The position numbers and the translations under genes were made by a program. From positions 96,001 to 160,000 of the forward strand of contig JAXMNT010000005.1 of NCBI GenBank assembly GCA_034670305.1: DNA of 64,000 bases. The letters run 5' to 3'. Shown one piece after another: positions 1-9,492 of this stretch; position 1 is the first letter of the stretch, and each line of letters opens with the position of its first letter. A model generated the notes under the pieces. It made no database searches. It was not told the DNA's origin and saw only the letters and a list, made by a program, of their open reading frames with translations. This DNA is from Deltaproteobacteria bacterium. GTDB taxonomy: Bacteria > Myxococcota_A > Polyangia > Polyangiales > Houyiibacteriaceae.

Positions 1-685
1 CATACGTGTCGACGGAGACCACCACGATCTCGTTGCCCCAGAAGTGCAGCGAACCCACGCACGCGTCGTCGAGGATCTGTGCGCTCGCCAGCTCGGTCAG
101 CTTCCCGAGCTGCACGCCGCCGCCGACCGCGCCCTCGTCGAGCACCGCCAGCACGTGCACTTCGGCGCCGCCTTGATCGGTGTGCATCACCGCCACGCGA
201 ACCCCATTCTTCTCAAAAGCCGCGCAGGGCATGTGCGAGACCAGCGGCACCCCGCCGACCTCGGCAGTGGTCTCCGCAAACCCCGCAAGCGTCTCGCTAC
301 CGAGCACGAGCGCATCACCGAAGCCGGACTCCGGGAACGACCGATCCAAGATCGCGAGGTTGCGGCGGCGGTCGTAGGCGCCGCGCATCAGGCCGAGCTT
401 CGGCCGCCGGATCTCGACCGACTCCGCCACCTTCAGGTCCCAGTCCACCCGCTGCATCAAGACTGGCGCGCCCCACTCGCGGACCGGCATCGCCCACACC
501 ACGAAACCGTCGTCGGCCGGATCGGGATCGCGGAGCAGTCCCTCCACCACCGCTGATCCCGTTTCCACGAGACCCTTCGCGGTCAGGTCGTACCGCACGA
601 GCTCCGTGGTGCGCGCGTCGAAGTCGCACCCCACCCGCACCACCGTCGGGTCGCTCGGGTGCAACACCAGGTCGTAGATCTTCAC
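1..685 (-). CDS. hypothetical protein, 3' end runs off the window
   Basis: Open frame from GTG 685 (MKIYDLVLHPSDPTVVRVGCDFDARTTELVRYDL...) to the window edge. The start overlaps the rhodanese stop (GTGA). Not in the ORF track because no stop is inside the window. Confidence 0.7.
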   Translation of the reverse strand, partial: MKIYDLVLHPSDPTVVRVGCDFDARTTELVRYDLTAKGLVETGSAVVEGLLRDPDPADDGFVVWAMPVREWGAPVLMQRVDWDLKVAESVEIRRPKLGLMRGAYDRRRNLAILDRSFPESGFGDALVLGSETLAGFAETTAEVGGVPLVSHMPCAAFEKNGVRVAVMHTDQGGAEVHVLAVLDEGAVGGGVQLGKLTELASAQILDDACVGSLHFWGNEIVVVSVDTY

Positions 686-1125
686 TTGCTTCCTCCCTCT
701 GCTTCGCTCAGCGCCGCCCAGCTCCGGCCATCCTCAGCCTCGATCGCGACCGGCAGCCCGCTCGCCTGCCACCCGGCTTCTTCGGTCTGACCGAACGCGC
801 CCTTGCGGCCGCCGTACCCCGCGCACTGATCGAGCACCCCGGTGAACCCAGCATCGACCAGCGCCGCCGCCGCCTTCGCGCTGCGGCCGCCAGCCTGGCA
901 CCCGACGATGAGTTTCGCGTCGAGCGGGAAGGTCTTCTTCATCACCGCGAGGAACGCGTCGTTCGGGACTTTGCTGCCTGGCATCTGGATCAACCACGGC
1001 ACGTTGTAGGCCCCCTCCGGGTGGCCGGCGTCGAACTCGAGCACGGTGCGCACGTCGATGTACGCGTAGTCCTCGTCCTCCATCTTCTCGAGTGCCTGCT
1101 GCGGATCGATGGTTGGTGCGGTCAT
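682..1125 (-). CDS. rhodanese-like domain protein
   Basis: IDVR...EF..GHP.GAYN motif and active-site loop CQAGGRS. Confidence 0.9.
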   Translation of the reverse strand: MTAPTIDPQQALEKMEDEDYAYIDVRTVLEFDAGHPEGAYNVPWLIQMPGSKVPNDAFLAVMKKTFPLDAKLIVGCQAGGRSAKAAAALVDAGFTGVLDQCAGYGGRKGAFGQTEEAGWQASGLPVAIEAEDGRSWAALSEAEGGSK

Positions 1126-1150
1126 GGCAAAAGGCTATACCAGCGTCCCC

Positions 1151-1963
1151 ATGCCTGCTTCCCTTCCTGGCCTCCGCGACTGGCTTCGCCTCGTGCTCAT
1201 GTACCGAGGCGCGCACCCCGACACCCAAGCCATCCTGGATGTCATCGAGCGCTTGCTCGACGCGCCCTACCAGACCCACGCGCTGCTCTTCGGCGAACCC
1301 GGCACCGGCAAAGAAGGCCTCGCCCGCGCGCTGCACCAAGCGATGCACCCAGGCGGCGACGCACCCTTCGTGAAGATGCCCACCGGCGGACGCGATCCGG
1401 CGGTGCTCGCGCTGCATCTGTTCGGCACCAAGACCCGCCGCGGCGCCATCGCGCGCGCCGACGGAGGCACCCTCTTCTTGGATGAGATCGCGACCTTGCC
1501 GCGCGAGATCCAAGCGCGGCTCTCCCCGGTGCTGCGCGGCCGCTACCGCCGCAACGACGACGAAGAGCCGCAGCCCTGCAACGTCACGGTGATCGGCGCC
1601 ACCGACCACGATCTCAGCGCCTCGGTCGCCGCCGGCGAGTTCCGGCACGACTTCTACTTCCGCCTCTCCCGCATCGAGCTGACCATCCCGCCGCTCCGCG
1701 AGCGCGCCAGCGACGTGCCTCGGGCCGCGCTCTGGGCCGGCAACCGCCTGCTGCAACTCCACGGCGTGTCTCGCACGTTGACCACCACCACCGACGCCGA
1801 GGACAACGACCTCGTCCTCACCGACGACGCGATCGAAGCCCTCAAGAAGTACCCCTGGCCCGGCAACTTCCGCGAACTCGACCGGGTGATGGAACGCGCC
1901 ATCTTCCTCCTCTGCGACGGCCAAACCGTCACCGCCGAAGACCTGAAACAAGCGACCACCTAG
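1151..1963 (+). CDS. sigma54-activator-type AAA+ protein lacking GAFTGA and HTH
   Basis: GEPGTGKE, GGTLFLDEI, FRHDFYFRL and WPGNFREL motifs. ATG 1151 chosen because the track start at 1109 overlaps the divergent gene. Confidence 0.8.
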   Translation: MPASLPGLRDWLRLVLMYRGAHPDTQAILDVIERLLDAPYQTHALLFGEPGTGKEGLARALHQAMHPGGDAPFVKMPTGGRDPAVLALHLFGTKTRRGAIARADGGTLFLDEIATLPREIQARLSPVLRGRYRRNDDEEPQPCNVTVIGATDHDLSASVAAGEFRHDFYFRLSRIELTIPPLRERASDVPRAALWAGNRLLQLHGVSRTLTTTTDAEDNDLVLTDDAIEALKKYPWPGNFRELDRVMERAIFLLCDGQTVTAEDLKQATT

Positions 1964-2192
1964 CCGGCGTCTTCAAAGGGTCGGGCTGTAGGCCCGGCCT
2001 TCGTGCACGTACACCCGTGTGCGTCCTCGTCCTCGCCATCGAGGATCAGACGTGAGTTCTGTTGATCGCGTCCGAGCGGCGGTTGATGCTCTGGAACTGC
2101 TTCGACTGGGACAATGAGTGGCGGCGGATTGGAGCACGCAGGGGCAACGGCAGGGGCAAGGGGACGCCCGGCCGGCGTTCGCTTCGGGCTGC

Positions 2193-3725
2193 TCAGAGCG
2201 CCAACTGCAACAGCGCGCGGACTCGGTGTTGGCCGTCTTCGATCGCGTCGCGCCAGAGGTAGCCGTAGTCGACCTGGAGTTTGTAGGCGCTGCGGCCGAA
2301 GTAGTAGTTCAGGCCCCCGCTGATCTCTTCGCGCGAGCCGAGCGAGGTCTCGGTGTCGTCGCCCCGGCCGCGCACTCGGCTGTAGCGGCCGGCGACTTCC
2401 AGCGGCAGGCGCGGCAAGAGGTAGCCGACCTGCAGGTGGGTGCCCCAGCCGTTGCGCGGGAGCTCCACCTCGATCGGGTTGCCCATCTCGTCGACTTCGT
2501 CGCCAGGGTTGCGGGTGCCGTCGCGGTAGCCCGCTTCGAAGAGCACCGACGCGCCGCGCGCGAAGAAGAGGGCGTCCGCGTAGAAGACGTGCATGTCGGT
2601 GGTGCCGCCGTCCTCTGGCGCACTGCCGAGGATGCCGCGGTTGCCGCGCGCGCGGTCCACGTACGCGTAGCCGGCGGCGAGGGCGAGCCGCGGTGCGCCG
2701 CGTTCGAAGTCGGCTTCGCCGGAGTCGTCGTCGAAGGTGCCGAACGGATGCACTTCGATCCGCGCGGTGTAGAGCAGACCGAAGTCGTCGAAGCCCTGGG
2801 AGTCGCGACCGCGTCCGATGAACGCGCCGAGCCGGTAGCGCAGCATGTCGATGCCGAAGAGATCGTCGCTCGACAGATCGAAGCCGACGTCGCGGTCGAG
2901 GTTGAACTCCGAGTTGAAGATCGACCGATCGACCAGCTGCATGTCGGCCGAGGACGTCACCCGCTGGCGGTTGGATGGCACCTTCATCTGGCCGAAGCGG
3001 ACTCGGAAATCCCGCAGGTGGTAGATGCCGATGTACGCGTCGAGCAGCGGGGTGAAGCGCGGGCCTCCGTCGAGCAGATCGTCGCCGACGCCGCCGTCGT
3101 TCGGTGAGAACGCGAGCTCGAGTTTGTACCGAACGTTCGGCCCGAACGCGTGCCCACCCATCTTGAGCCGCGCCCGCCGAATCCGAAACCGGTTCTGCCA
3201 ACCGTCGTCGTTCGACTGCGCCGTCCACTCGGCCTGCACCCGCACCTGCATCGTGAGCGCGAAGTCCCCGTCGACGCTGCGGATCCGGATCCCCGACCCC
3301 GGCCGGTACACGAACTGGTCGATGCTGATCGGCCGGTCCTCCTGCTGCGCCGCATCGCCCGGCGGCAAGAGCGGGTTCACGCCATCGGCGTCAGAGTCGG
3401 TGTCGGTGTCGGCATCGGCGTCGGCTTCGGCATCGGCGTCGGCTTCGGCTTCGGCTTCGGCTTCGGCTTCGGCGTCGGCTTCGGCCTCCGCGTCGGCTTC
3501 GGCATCGGCGTCCGCTTCGGCTTCGGCGTCGGCTTCGGCTTCGGCATCGGCGTCGGCTTCGGCTTCGGCGTCGGTTTCGGCTTCGGCTTCCGCGTCGGTT
3601 TCGGCGACAGCTTCCGCGTCAGCATCCGCGTCCGCCACCACTTCCGCATCCTGCGCGCGCACCGGCGCGGCGCACCACGCGCCCACCCAGGCAAGCGAGA
3701 CGAGCAACGCGATCGATTGGGTCAT
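2193..3725 (-). CDS. phosphate-selective porin OprO/OprP family
   Basis: Signal peptide, [21 protein letters not shown] motifs, barrel-like C-terminus; acidic AE/AD tract after the signal peptide. Confidence 0.8.
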   Translation of the reverse strand: MTQSIALLVSLAWVGAWCAAPVRAQDAEVVADADADAEAVAETDAEAEAETDAEAEADADAEAEADAEAEADADAEADAEAEADAEAEAEAEAEADADAEADADADTDTDSDADGVNPLLPPGDAAQQEDRPISIDQFVYRPGSGIRIRSVDGDFALTMQVRVQAEWTAQSNDDGWQNRFRIRRARLKMGGHAFGPNVRYKLELAFSPNDGGVGDDLLDGGPRFTPLLDAYIGIYHLRDFRVRFGQMKVPSNRQRVTSSADMQLVDRSIFNSEFNLDRDVGFDLSSDDLFGIDMLRYRLGAFIGRGRDSQGFDDFGLLYTARIEVHPFGTFDDDSGEADFERGAPRLALAAGYAYVDRARGNRGILGSAPEDGGTTDMHVFYADALFFARGASVLFEAGYRDGTRNPGDEVDEMGNPIEVELPRNGWGTHLQVGYLLPRLPLEVAGRYSRVRGRGDDTETSLGSREEISGGLNYYFGRSAYKLQVDYGYLWRDAIEDGQHRVRALLQLAL

Positions 3726-3743
3726 GCCGGCCTTGTCCTCTCG

Positions 3744-3765
3744 CTGTGCAACAGTCCTGTGACGT
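3744..3765 (-). promoter_or_regulatory. putative Pho box
   Basis: Minus strand acGTCACaggaCTGTtgCacag, an 11-bp-spaced repeat closely resembling the box at 7419-7440; directly upstream of the porin. Confidence 0.5.
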
Positions 3766-3919
3766 GCGTCGTTCAGCTTGGTGACCTTGCGACAGCACGC
3801 TCACAACCTCGTGAATTCACAGTGAATTGTCCGGATGTCCGCCCAGATCGAGGCATGGTTCGAGGTTGGTCTGGACGGTGTCCCTGCATGTCCACGGAGG
3901 GCCCGTGTATGTTGCGCGG

Positions 3920-4987
3920 ATGATTCCGCTCACGCGCCCCTGGATGGGAGACGAGGAGATCCGCGCGGTCACGGAGGTGCTGCGCTCCGGCATGCTCGTG
4001 CAGGGTGTGCGGGTGGCCGCGTTCGAGGCGCTCGTCGCCCAGAAGACTGGGCGCGCGCACGCCATCGCGGTCGACAACGGCACCGGCGCCCTGGTGCTCG
4101 GACTGAAAGCCCTGGGCATCGGACCTGGGGACGAAGTGCTCTGTCCGGGCCTGACCTGGCCTTCGCCCGCCCACGCGATCCTCACCCTCGGCGCGACCCC
4201 GGTGCTGGTCGACGTGGACCCCGACGAGTGGAACGCGACGCCCCAGACGATGGCGGCGGCCGTCACCGACCGCACCCGCGCTGCGATCGTCATCGATCAG
4301 TTCGGCGCGCCGGTCCGGACCTCCCTCGAGCAGCTCGGCGTGCCGCTCGTGGAAGACGCCGCCTGTTCACTCGGCTCCACGATGGACGATGGCCGGCCCG
4401 CCGGAAAACTCGGCCGCCTCGCCACCCTCAGCTTCCACCCGCGCAAAGTGCTCACCACCGGAGAGGGCGGCATCGTCGTCACCGACGATCGCGACCTCGC
4501 CGACGAGCTGCGCGCGCGACGCAACCACGGGCAGACCGGACCCGGCGAGTTCCTCCATCCGTCGTCGAACCACCGCCTCACCGACATCCAGGCCGCCATC
4601 GGCGAAGCCCAGATGGAGCGGCTCGAGACCGTCGTCGCGCTCCGCCGCGCGCACGCCGAGACCATCCGAGCCGGCCTACCGACCCTGGTGTTTCAGCGCC
4701 CCGCCACCGGCGCCGCACCCAACGAACAGACCCTCGGTGCCCTGTTGCCCGCCGGCACCGACAAAGCCGCGCTCATCGCCGCCGCCCGCGAGAAAGGCGT
4801 GCAGATCGGCGCGCTCAGCTACGCGCTCTCCAAGGTGCCGACCACCGGGTCCTGCATCGGTGGCGCGTCGCTGCCGGTGGCCGAGGACATCGCCGAGCGC
4901 GGCATCGCGCTCCCCCTCTTCCCGCAGATGACCGAAGACGACTGCGCGACCGTCGTCGAAGTCGTCTCGGAACTTTTGGCCGGGTGA
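3920..4987 (+). CDS. DegT/DnrJ/EryC1/StrS PLP-dependent aminotransferase
   Basis: MIPLTRP start, EDAACS, SFHPRKVLTTGEGG with PLP lysine, LPLFP. Confidence 0.92.
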   Translation: MIPLTRPWMGDEEIRAVTEVLRSGMLVQGVRVAAFEALVAQKTGRAHAIAVDNGTGALVLGLKALGIGPGDEVLCPGLTWPSPAHAILTLGATPVLVDVDPDEWNATPQTMAAAVTDRTRAAIVIDQFGAPVRTSLEQLGVPLVEDAACSLGSTMDDGRPAGKLGRLATLSFHPRKVLTTGEGGIVVTDDRDLADELRARRNHGQTGPGEFLHPSSNHRLTDIQAAIGEAQMERLETVVALRRAHAETIRAGLPTLVFQRPATGAAPNEQTLGALLPAGTDKAALIAAAREKGVQIGALSYALSKVPTTGSCIGGASLPVAEDIAERGIALPLFPQMTEDDCATVVEVVSELLAG

Positions 4988-5009
4988 GGAACTTGGTAGA
5001 GAGTCCTTC

Positions 5010-5993
5010 GTGAGCGTGGAGACGACGTCCCAGGACCGCGCCGAGGACCGCAAGTGCGTCCTCGAGGTGGAAGGCCTGAAGAAGACGTTCCGCATCGGGT
5101 TCTTCCGCAAGAAGGTCGAAGCGGTCCGCGGGGTCGACTTCCGGGTGCGCGAAGGCGAGATCTTCGGCCTGCTCGGACCGAACGGCGCCGGCAAGACGAC
5201 CACCATCAAGTGCCTTTTGCGCCTCGTCTTTCCGACCGAAGGCAGCGTGAAGATCTTCGGCCTCTCGCCCGACCGGCGCGAGTCGATGTTCCGGGTCGGC
5301 TACATGCCGGAGAACCCGTACATCTATCAGTACCTTAAGCCAGAAGAGTTCCTGGATCTGTGTGGCCGCCTCGTCGGCATGACGTCGACCGAACGCAAGA
5401 AACGTTCGGATCAGCTGCTCTCCCAAGTCGGCCTCGACCACGCGCGCGGTCGGCCGATCGGTAAGTTCTCGAAGGGCATGATGCAGCGGGTCGGGCTCGC
5501 CCAAGCGCTCTTGCACGATCCAGAAGTGCTGGTCCTCGACGAGCCGATGAGCGGGCTCGACCCGATCGGCCGCAAAGAGATCCGCGACTTGCTGCTCGAA
5601 GAGAAGAAGCGCGGCAAGACGCTCGTCTTCACCAGCCACATCCTCAGCGACGTCGAGATGCTCTGCGACCGGGTCGTGATTCTGCAGCGCGGCAAAGTCA
5701 CCGCCCGCGGCAAACTCAGCGAGCTCCTCTCCGCCGGCGACCCGCGCAGCGAGATCGAACTCGGCGCAGTCGGCGAGACCCTGCGCGCCGAGCTGCAAGA
5801 CGACACCGCGCTCGAAGTCGAAGCGACCGAAGCTCGGCTCATGGTCACCGCACCGGACAGCCGCGTCGCGTCGGTGCTCCAGGCAGCGCTCACTGCGGGC
5901 GCGCGCGTGGTCGCGGTGCGGCCGCAGCGGCAATCGCTGGAGAGTCTGTTCCTCCAAGGGGCCGAAGAGACGCCGGACCGCGAGTCGGAGTGA
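5010..5993 (+). CDS. ABC transporter ATP-binding protein
   Basis: GPNGAGKTT, FSKGMMQR signature, LDEP, SH switch. Confidence 0.92.
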   Translation: MSVETTSQDRAEDRKCVLEVEGLKKTFRIGFFRKKVEAVRGVDFRVREGEIFGLLGPNGAGKTTTIKCLLRLVFPTEGSVKIFGLSPDRRESMFRVGYMPENPYIYQYLKPEEFLDLCGRLVGMTSTERKKRSDQLLSQVGLDHARGRPIGKFSKGMMQRVGLAQALLHDPEVLVLDEPMSGLDPIGRKEIRDLLLEEKKRGKTLVFTSHILSDVEMLCDRVVILQRGKVTARGKLSELLSAGDPRSEIELGAVGETLRAELQDDTALEVEATEARLMVTAPDSRVASVLQAALTAGARVVAVRPQRQSLESLFLQGAEETPDRESE

Positions 5994-6015
5994 CCGTTTC
6001 GCGCGCGGAGACCGC

Positions 6016-7320
6016 TCAGCGCAGCGGCACGTAGTAGCCACTCGCGACCAAGAGAGCGGGCGCTGCGGCTGGGTCGGACGACGTCTGCGGGGGCAACTCG
6101 AAACGCAAGCGCAGGACCTCGCCTTGCGCGATTCGATGAAAGCTTCGGTCCGCGTCGCAGTACGTCTGTTCCACTCCGTCCCCGTCCGTTGGCACCGCAC
6201 CGCACGCGGTCGGACGCACGATCTGTCCGTCCACCACGACGTGCACCGCGTCGAGGTAGGTCACCTCCCGCTTCTCTTCGCGCAGCTCGATCTCGAGCAC
6301 CCCCGACCGAACCGCGAGCGCCCCAGGCGGACCGAGCGACAACGACTGCTCGTCGTAGAGCGCCGCGCTTCGAAGATGTCTGAGGATCTCGCCGACGCGC
6401 CGCGGCCCGGCCGGCTCGATCACGTAGACGTATGGACACGCTGGGATCTCGCTGCACAACAGCCGCCGGCCCACCGGCCGCCTGCGCCGCTCGACGAACC
6501 GTCCATCGCGACCCAAACGAAGCACGGCCTCTTCTGGCTGCACGCGCTCCGGAAACCCAGCCCGCTCACAGGCCCCATGGTGGGTCTCGAGCACGCGAAT
6601 CGTTCCGTCGCCCGGAAACCGCAGCGGCGCCCGCCCGTCGGTGATCTCGAACGCCACCGCGTAGGTTCCTCGATGCGCCGCCACGACCACGAGCCGGTCC
6701 GGAGAATCCTCGTCGGGCTGCAGCGGAAGACGGAGCAGCAGAAGGTTTCGGCGCCGGTCGAGCCGAACCACCTCCACCGTGCGGGGGCGATCGCCTTCCG
6801 CATGCGCTGGGTTCTGCCGCACCTGGAGGCGAAGTTCGTGGGGACCGATCCGCAGCAACCCATCGCCGAAGAACGCGACCGCTTCGACTTCTCCGTCGCC
6901 ATCCAGATCTCCTCGGGTCTCTGCGACTGGTGCGTCTTCGTCGATGCTCCGGGACGCGTCCGCGACACTGCGGTCGACCGCGGCCGCGTCGTCTTCCGCG
7001 ACTGCGTCGACTTCCGCGACAGCATTCGCTTCCGCGACCGCAGGGTCCTCCGCGACAGGGTTTTCCGGGACGGCAGCCTCCGGGACGGCAGGGTCTTCCG
7101 GGACGGCAGCTTCCGCGGCAGGCGCTTCGCCCAACGTCTGTTCCTCCGCTCCGGTCTCAGTGAGGACCGTGTGATCGCCCGAACCGTTCTCCTGCTCCGG
7201 GGAGCGCTCGCTCGAATCTCCGCCGCCACATCCGAGCGCCAAGACCACGAGCACCGACCAACCCACTGGACCCAACTGCATCGCCATGCTCAACCCGCGC
7301 CACGCCGGGATGTGTTCCAT
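6016..7320 (-). CDS. hypothetical lipoprotein
   Basis: Lipobox LALGC, acidic linker, DLDGDG motif, CPYVY C-terminal domain; true start may be a later Met. Confidence 0.7.
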   Translation of the reverse strand: MEHIPAWRGLSMAMQLGPVGWSVLVVLALGCGGGDSSERSPEQENGSGDHTVLTETGAEEQTLGEAPAAEAAVPEDPAVPEAAVPENPVAEDPAVAEANAVAEVDAVAEDDAAAVDRSVADASRSIDEDAPVAETRGDLDGDGEVEAVAFFGDGLLRIGPHELRLQVRQNPAHAEGDRPRTVEVVRLDRRRNLLLLRLPLQPDEDSPDRLVVVAAHRGTYAVAFEITDGRAPLRFPGDGTIRVLETHHGACERAGFPERVQPEEAVLRLGRDGRFVERRRRPVGRRLLCSEIPACPYVYVIEPAGPRRVGEILRHLRSAALYDEQSLSLGPPGALAVRSGVLEIELREEKREVTYLDAVHVVVDGQIVRPTACGAVPTDGDGVEQTYCDADRSFHRIAQGEVLRLRFELPPQTSSDPAAAPALLVASGYYVPLR

Positions 7321-7418
7321 CGGCTGACACCCGAGCTGATCCTACATGTCGGTGATTGGGGTTCAGCGCCGCACTTCGACCGACCCAAATGCGTGAGGGG
7401 ACGCACCCGCCCGGCCTC

Positions 7419-7447
7419 GCGTCACAGAGCTGTCACACAATGGTGAC
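7419..7447 (+). promoter_or_regulatory. putative Pho box
   Basis: gcGTCACagagCTGTCACacaatgGTGAC, with GTCAC at 7421 and 7432 (11-bp spacing, PhoB-type). Confidence 0.6.
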
Positions 7448-7481
7448 GCGCGGCACATAGGGGGACCGCAAGGTCCTCTGC

Positions 7482-8600
7482 GTGACGACCCAACCCGTCC
7501 CTGCGCCCACCCTTGTCCCCACCCGGGACTCGAGTGCCCCTGAATCGCGGATCGCCGTCGTCTGGCGAACCGAGCGCAACTTCATCGCCTTCATCGGTGT
7601 GATGTTGATCTCGCTCGGGTTCATCGCGCCGCACGCAGAGCTCGCCCGATGGGTCGGCTTCGTGCTGGCCGGGTACTCCGCGGTCGCCAACGACAGCGTG
7701 CAGACGCTGGGCACGTTCATCGCGTCCAACAAGGGCAAGCCCTGGTGGATGTTGTGGCTCTTCATCGGAGGCATCTTCGTCGCAACGGTCGGCTACAGCT
7801 TCATGGTGAACTCGGGGGACGTCACCTACGGCCGGCTCGCCTCCAAGGGCTTCGAGTCGACGCCCATGAACTTCACCTACCTGCAGCTCGCGGCGCCGGT
7901 CGCCCTGCTGGTGCTGACCCGCGCGCGCATGCCGGTGTCGACCACGTTTTTGCTCCTCAGCTGTTTCGCGACCGAGCCGGCCAGCATCGGCAAGGTTCTG
8001 ATGAAGAGCCTCGCCGGCTACGGCGTCGCGTTCGGCTCCGCGATCATCGCCTTCCTGCTCGTCTCGAAAGCCGTCGAGAAGTTCCAGGAGCGCGGCCCGG
8101 CCCACCCGGCCTGGCGCGTCGCGCAGTGGGGCACCACGGGCCTCCTCTGGTCCGTGTGGCTCATGCAGGACGCCTCGAACATCGCGGTGTACCTCCCGCG
8201 TCAGCTCAGCTGGCTCGAGTTCGGCGCCTTCGCGACCGTCATCTTCTTGGGTCTCGGCCTGCTCTTCAAGCTCGGCGGCGCCCGCGTGCAGCATGTCATC
8301 GACGCTAAGTCCCGCGTCACCGACGTCCGCGCCGCCACCGTCGTCGACCTCATCTACGCCGTGGTGCTCTACATCTTCAAGATCCAGTCCGGCGTGCCCA
8401 TGAGCACGACCTGGGTCTTCATCGGCCTGCTCGCCGGCCGTGAAATCGGCATGGCCATCCGCGGCGTCTCGGGCGGAGACAAACGCCACGTCGCCCGCCT
8501 CATCGGCAAGGACCTCTTCTACGTGACGATCGGCCTGCTCGTGAGCCTCGCCTTCGCCATCTGCGCAAACCCCGAAGCCTTCGCGGACCTCCTGGGCTAG
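7482..8600 (+). CDS. PiT-like inorganic phosphate/anion permease
   Basis: Multi-TM protein with ANDSVQT, PVSTT, QDASN and PMSTT duplicated motifs resembling PiT signatures. Confidence 0.65.
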   Translation: MTTQPVPAPTLVPTRDSSAPESRIAVVWRTERNFIAFIGVMLISLGFIAPHAELARWVGFVLAGYSAVANDSVQTLGTFIASNKGKPWWMLWLFIGGIFVATVGYSFMVNSGDVTYGRLASKGFESTPMNFTYLQLAAPVALLVLTRARMPVSTTFLLLSCFATEPASIGKVLMKSLAGYGVAFGSAIIAFLLVSKAVEKFQERGPAHPAWRVAQWGTTGLLWSVWLMQDASNIAVYLPRQLSWLEFGAFATVIFLGLGLLFKLGGARVQHVIDAKSRVTDVRAATVVDLIYAVVLYIFKIQSGVPMSTTWVFIGLLAGREIGMAIRGVSGGDKRHVARLIGKDLFYVTIGLLVSLAFAICANPEAFADLLG

Positions 8601-8618
8601 CAGGCCAAAAGGCCTGCT

Positions 8619-8787
8619 CCCTTGCCCTTGCCCTTGCCCCTGCCCCTGCCCTTCTGAAGCAAGTCTTCGGAACCAGGTGCCTCGGACCGATCCCGTAGGC
8701 GCGGTTCCCGTGCCCGTGCGAAGCCGAACCCGAAGCAGACACCGAAGCCGATCCCGACTCCCGAAGCCGATCCCGATCCCGACTCCC
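8619..8787. repeat. bipartite hexamer repeat (CCCTTG/CCCCTG)n ... (GCCGAA/CCCGAT)n
   Basis: Visible tandem hexamers between convergent genes. Confidence 0.7.
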
Positions 8788-8788
8788 C

Positions 8789-9448
8789 CTACAGGTCGTG
8801 GCGCGCCCGCACCAGGGCTTCGTAGTCGGAGCGGTCCATGTTCGCGACGGGCCTCAGCGCGACCCGTTCGCCGGCTGGGGTGATCAGGCTCGGAGGATCG
8901 CCCGGGACCACGGTCCAGTCGCCGCCGGAGAGCTCGATGTTGCAGCGCTCGCGGTGGTGGGAGAACGAGGTGCGTTCGTCGACCGTTCCGTCGGCGCGGT
9001 CGACGCGGATGTGCTCGTGGTGGAAGTTCTCGCCTTCGCCTTCCGCGCGCACATCGCCCCCGAGGTGGTAGCCGTCTTCCCGCCAGGTGAGCCCAGCGGT
9101 CAACGTGATGTCGCAGAGCCAGTCGTCGGTGCGGCCGCTCTCGCACAGGAACTCGAGCCGGCTCGTGACCGCGTCGTCTTCGAATCCGATCCGCCAGTGC
9201 ACGTGGTAGCAGGCGGGCATCTGCGCTTGGAGCGCGGCGACGACCTCGGTGGTGACGCCCTCGGAGGTGAACGAGACGATTTCGTACGCGTTCTGAATCG
9301 TCGGTGCGATGGGTTCGATCGACTGCGGCAGCTCGACCACCTCTTGTCCCTGCGTGGGCTCGGGGGCCGGTGGCGGCGGCGGACAGTCGGCGGCGCACCC
9401 GGCGGCGAAGATGAGAGCGGACGCGAGCAAAAGGCGGAGGGTCGTCAT
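8789..9448 (-). CDS. hypothetical lipoprotein
   Basis: Lipobox AAGC, Pro-rich linker. Confidence 0.7.
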   Translation of the reverse strand: MTTLRLLLASALIFAAGCAADCPPPPPAPEPTQGQEVVELPQSIEPIAPTIQNAYEIVSFTSEGVTTEVVAALQAQMPACYHVHWRIGFEDDAVTSRLEFLCESGRTDDWLCDITLTAGLTWREDGYHLGGDVRAEGEGENFHHEHIRVDRADGTVDERTSFSHHRERCNIELSGGDWTVVPGDPPSLITPAGERVALRPVANMDRSDYEALVRARHDL

Positions 9449-9492
9449 CGCCGGACTGTCTCAAACCGCGGCGATTGCGTCGACTGCCGGCG

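Noticed and set aside
682-1125. Rhodanese as sulfur donor for the ThiF/Ubl pair
   Set aside because: It is 25 kb away in a separate operon; nothing in the sequence links them.
3760-3778. LexA box at GTTCAG upstream of the porin
   Set aside because: The left half does not match CTRHAM.
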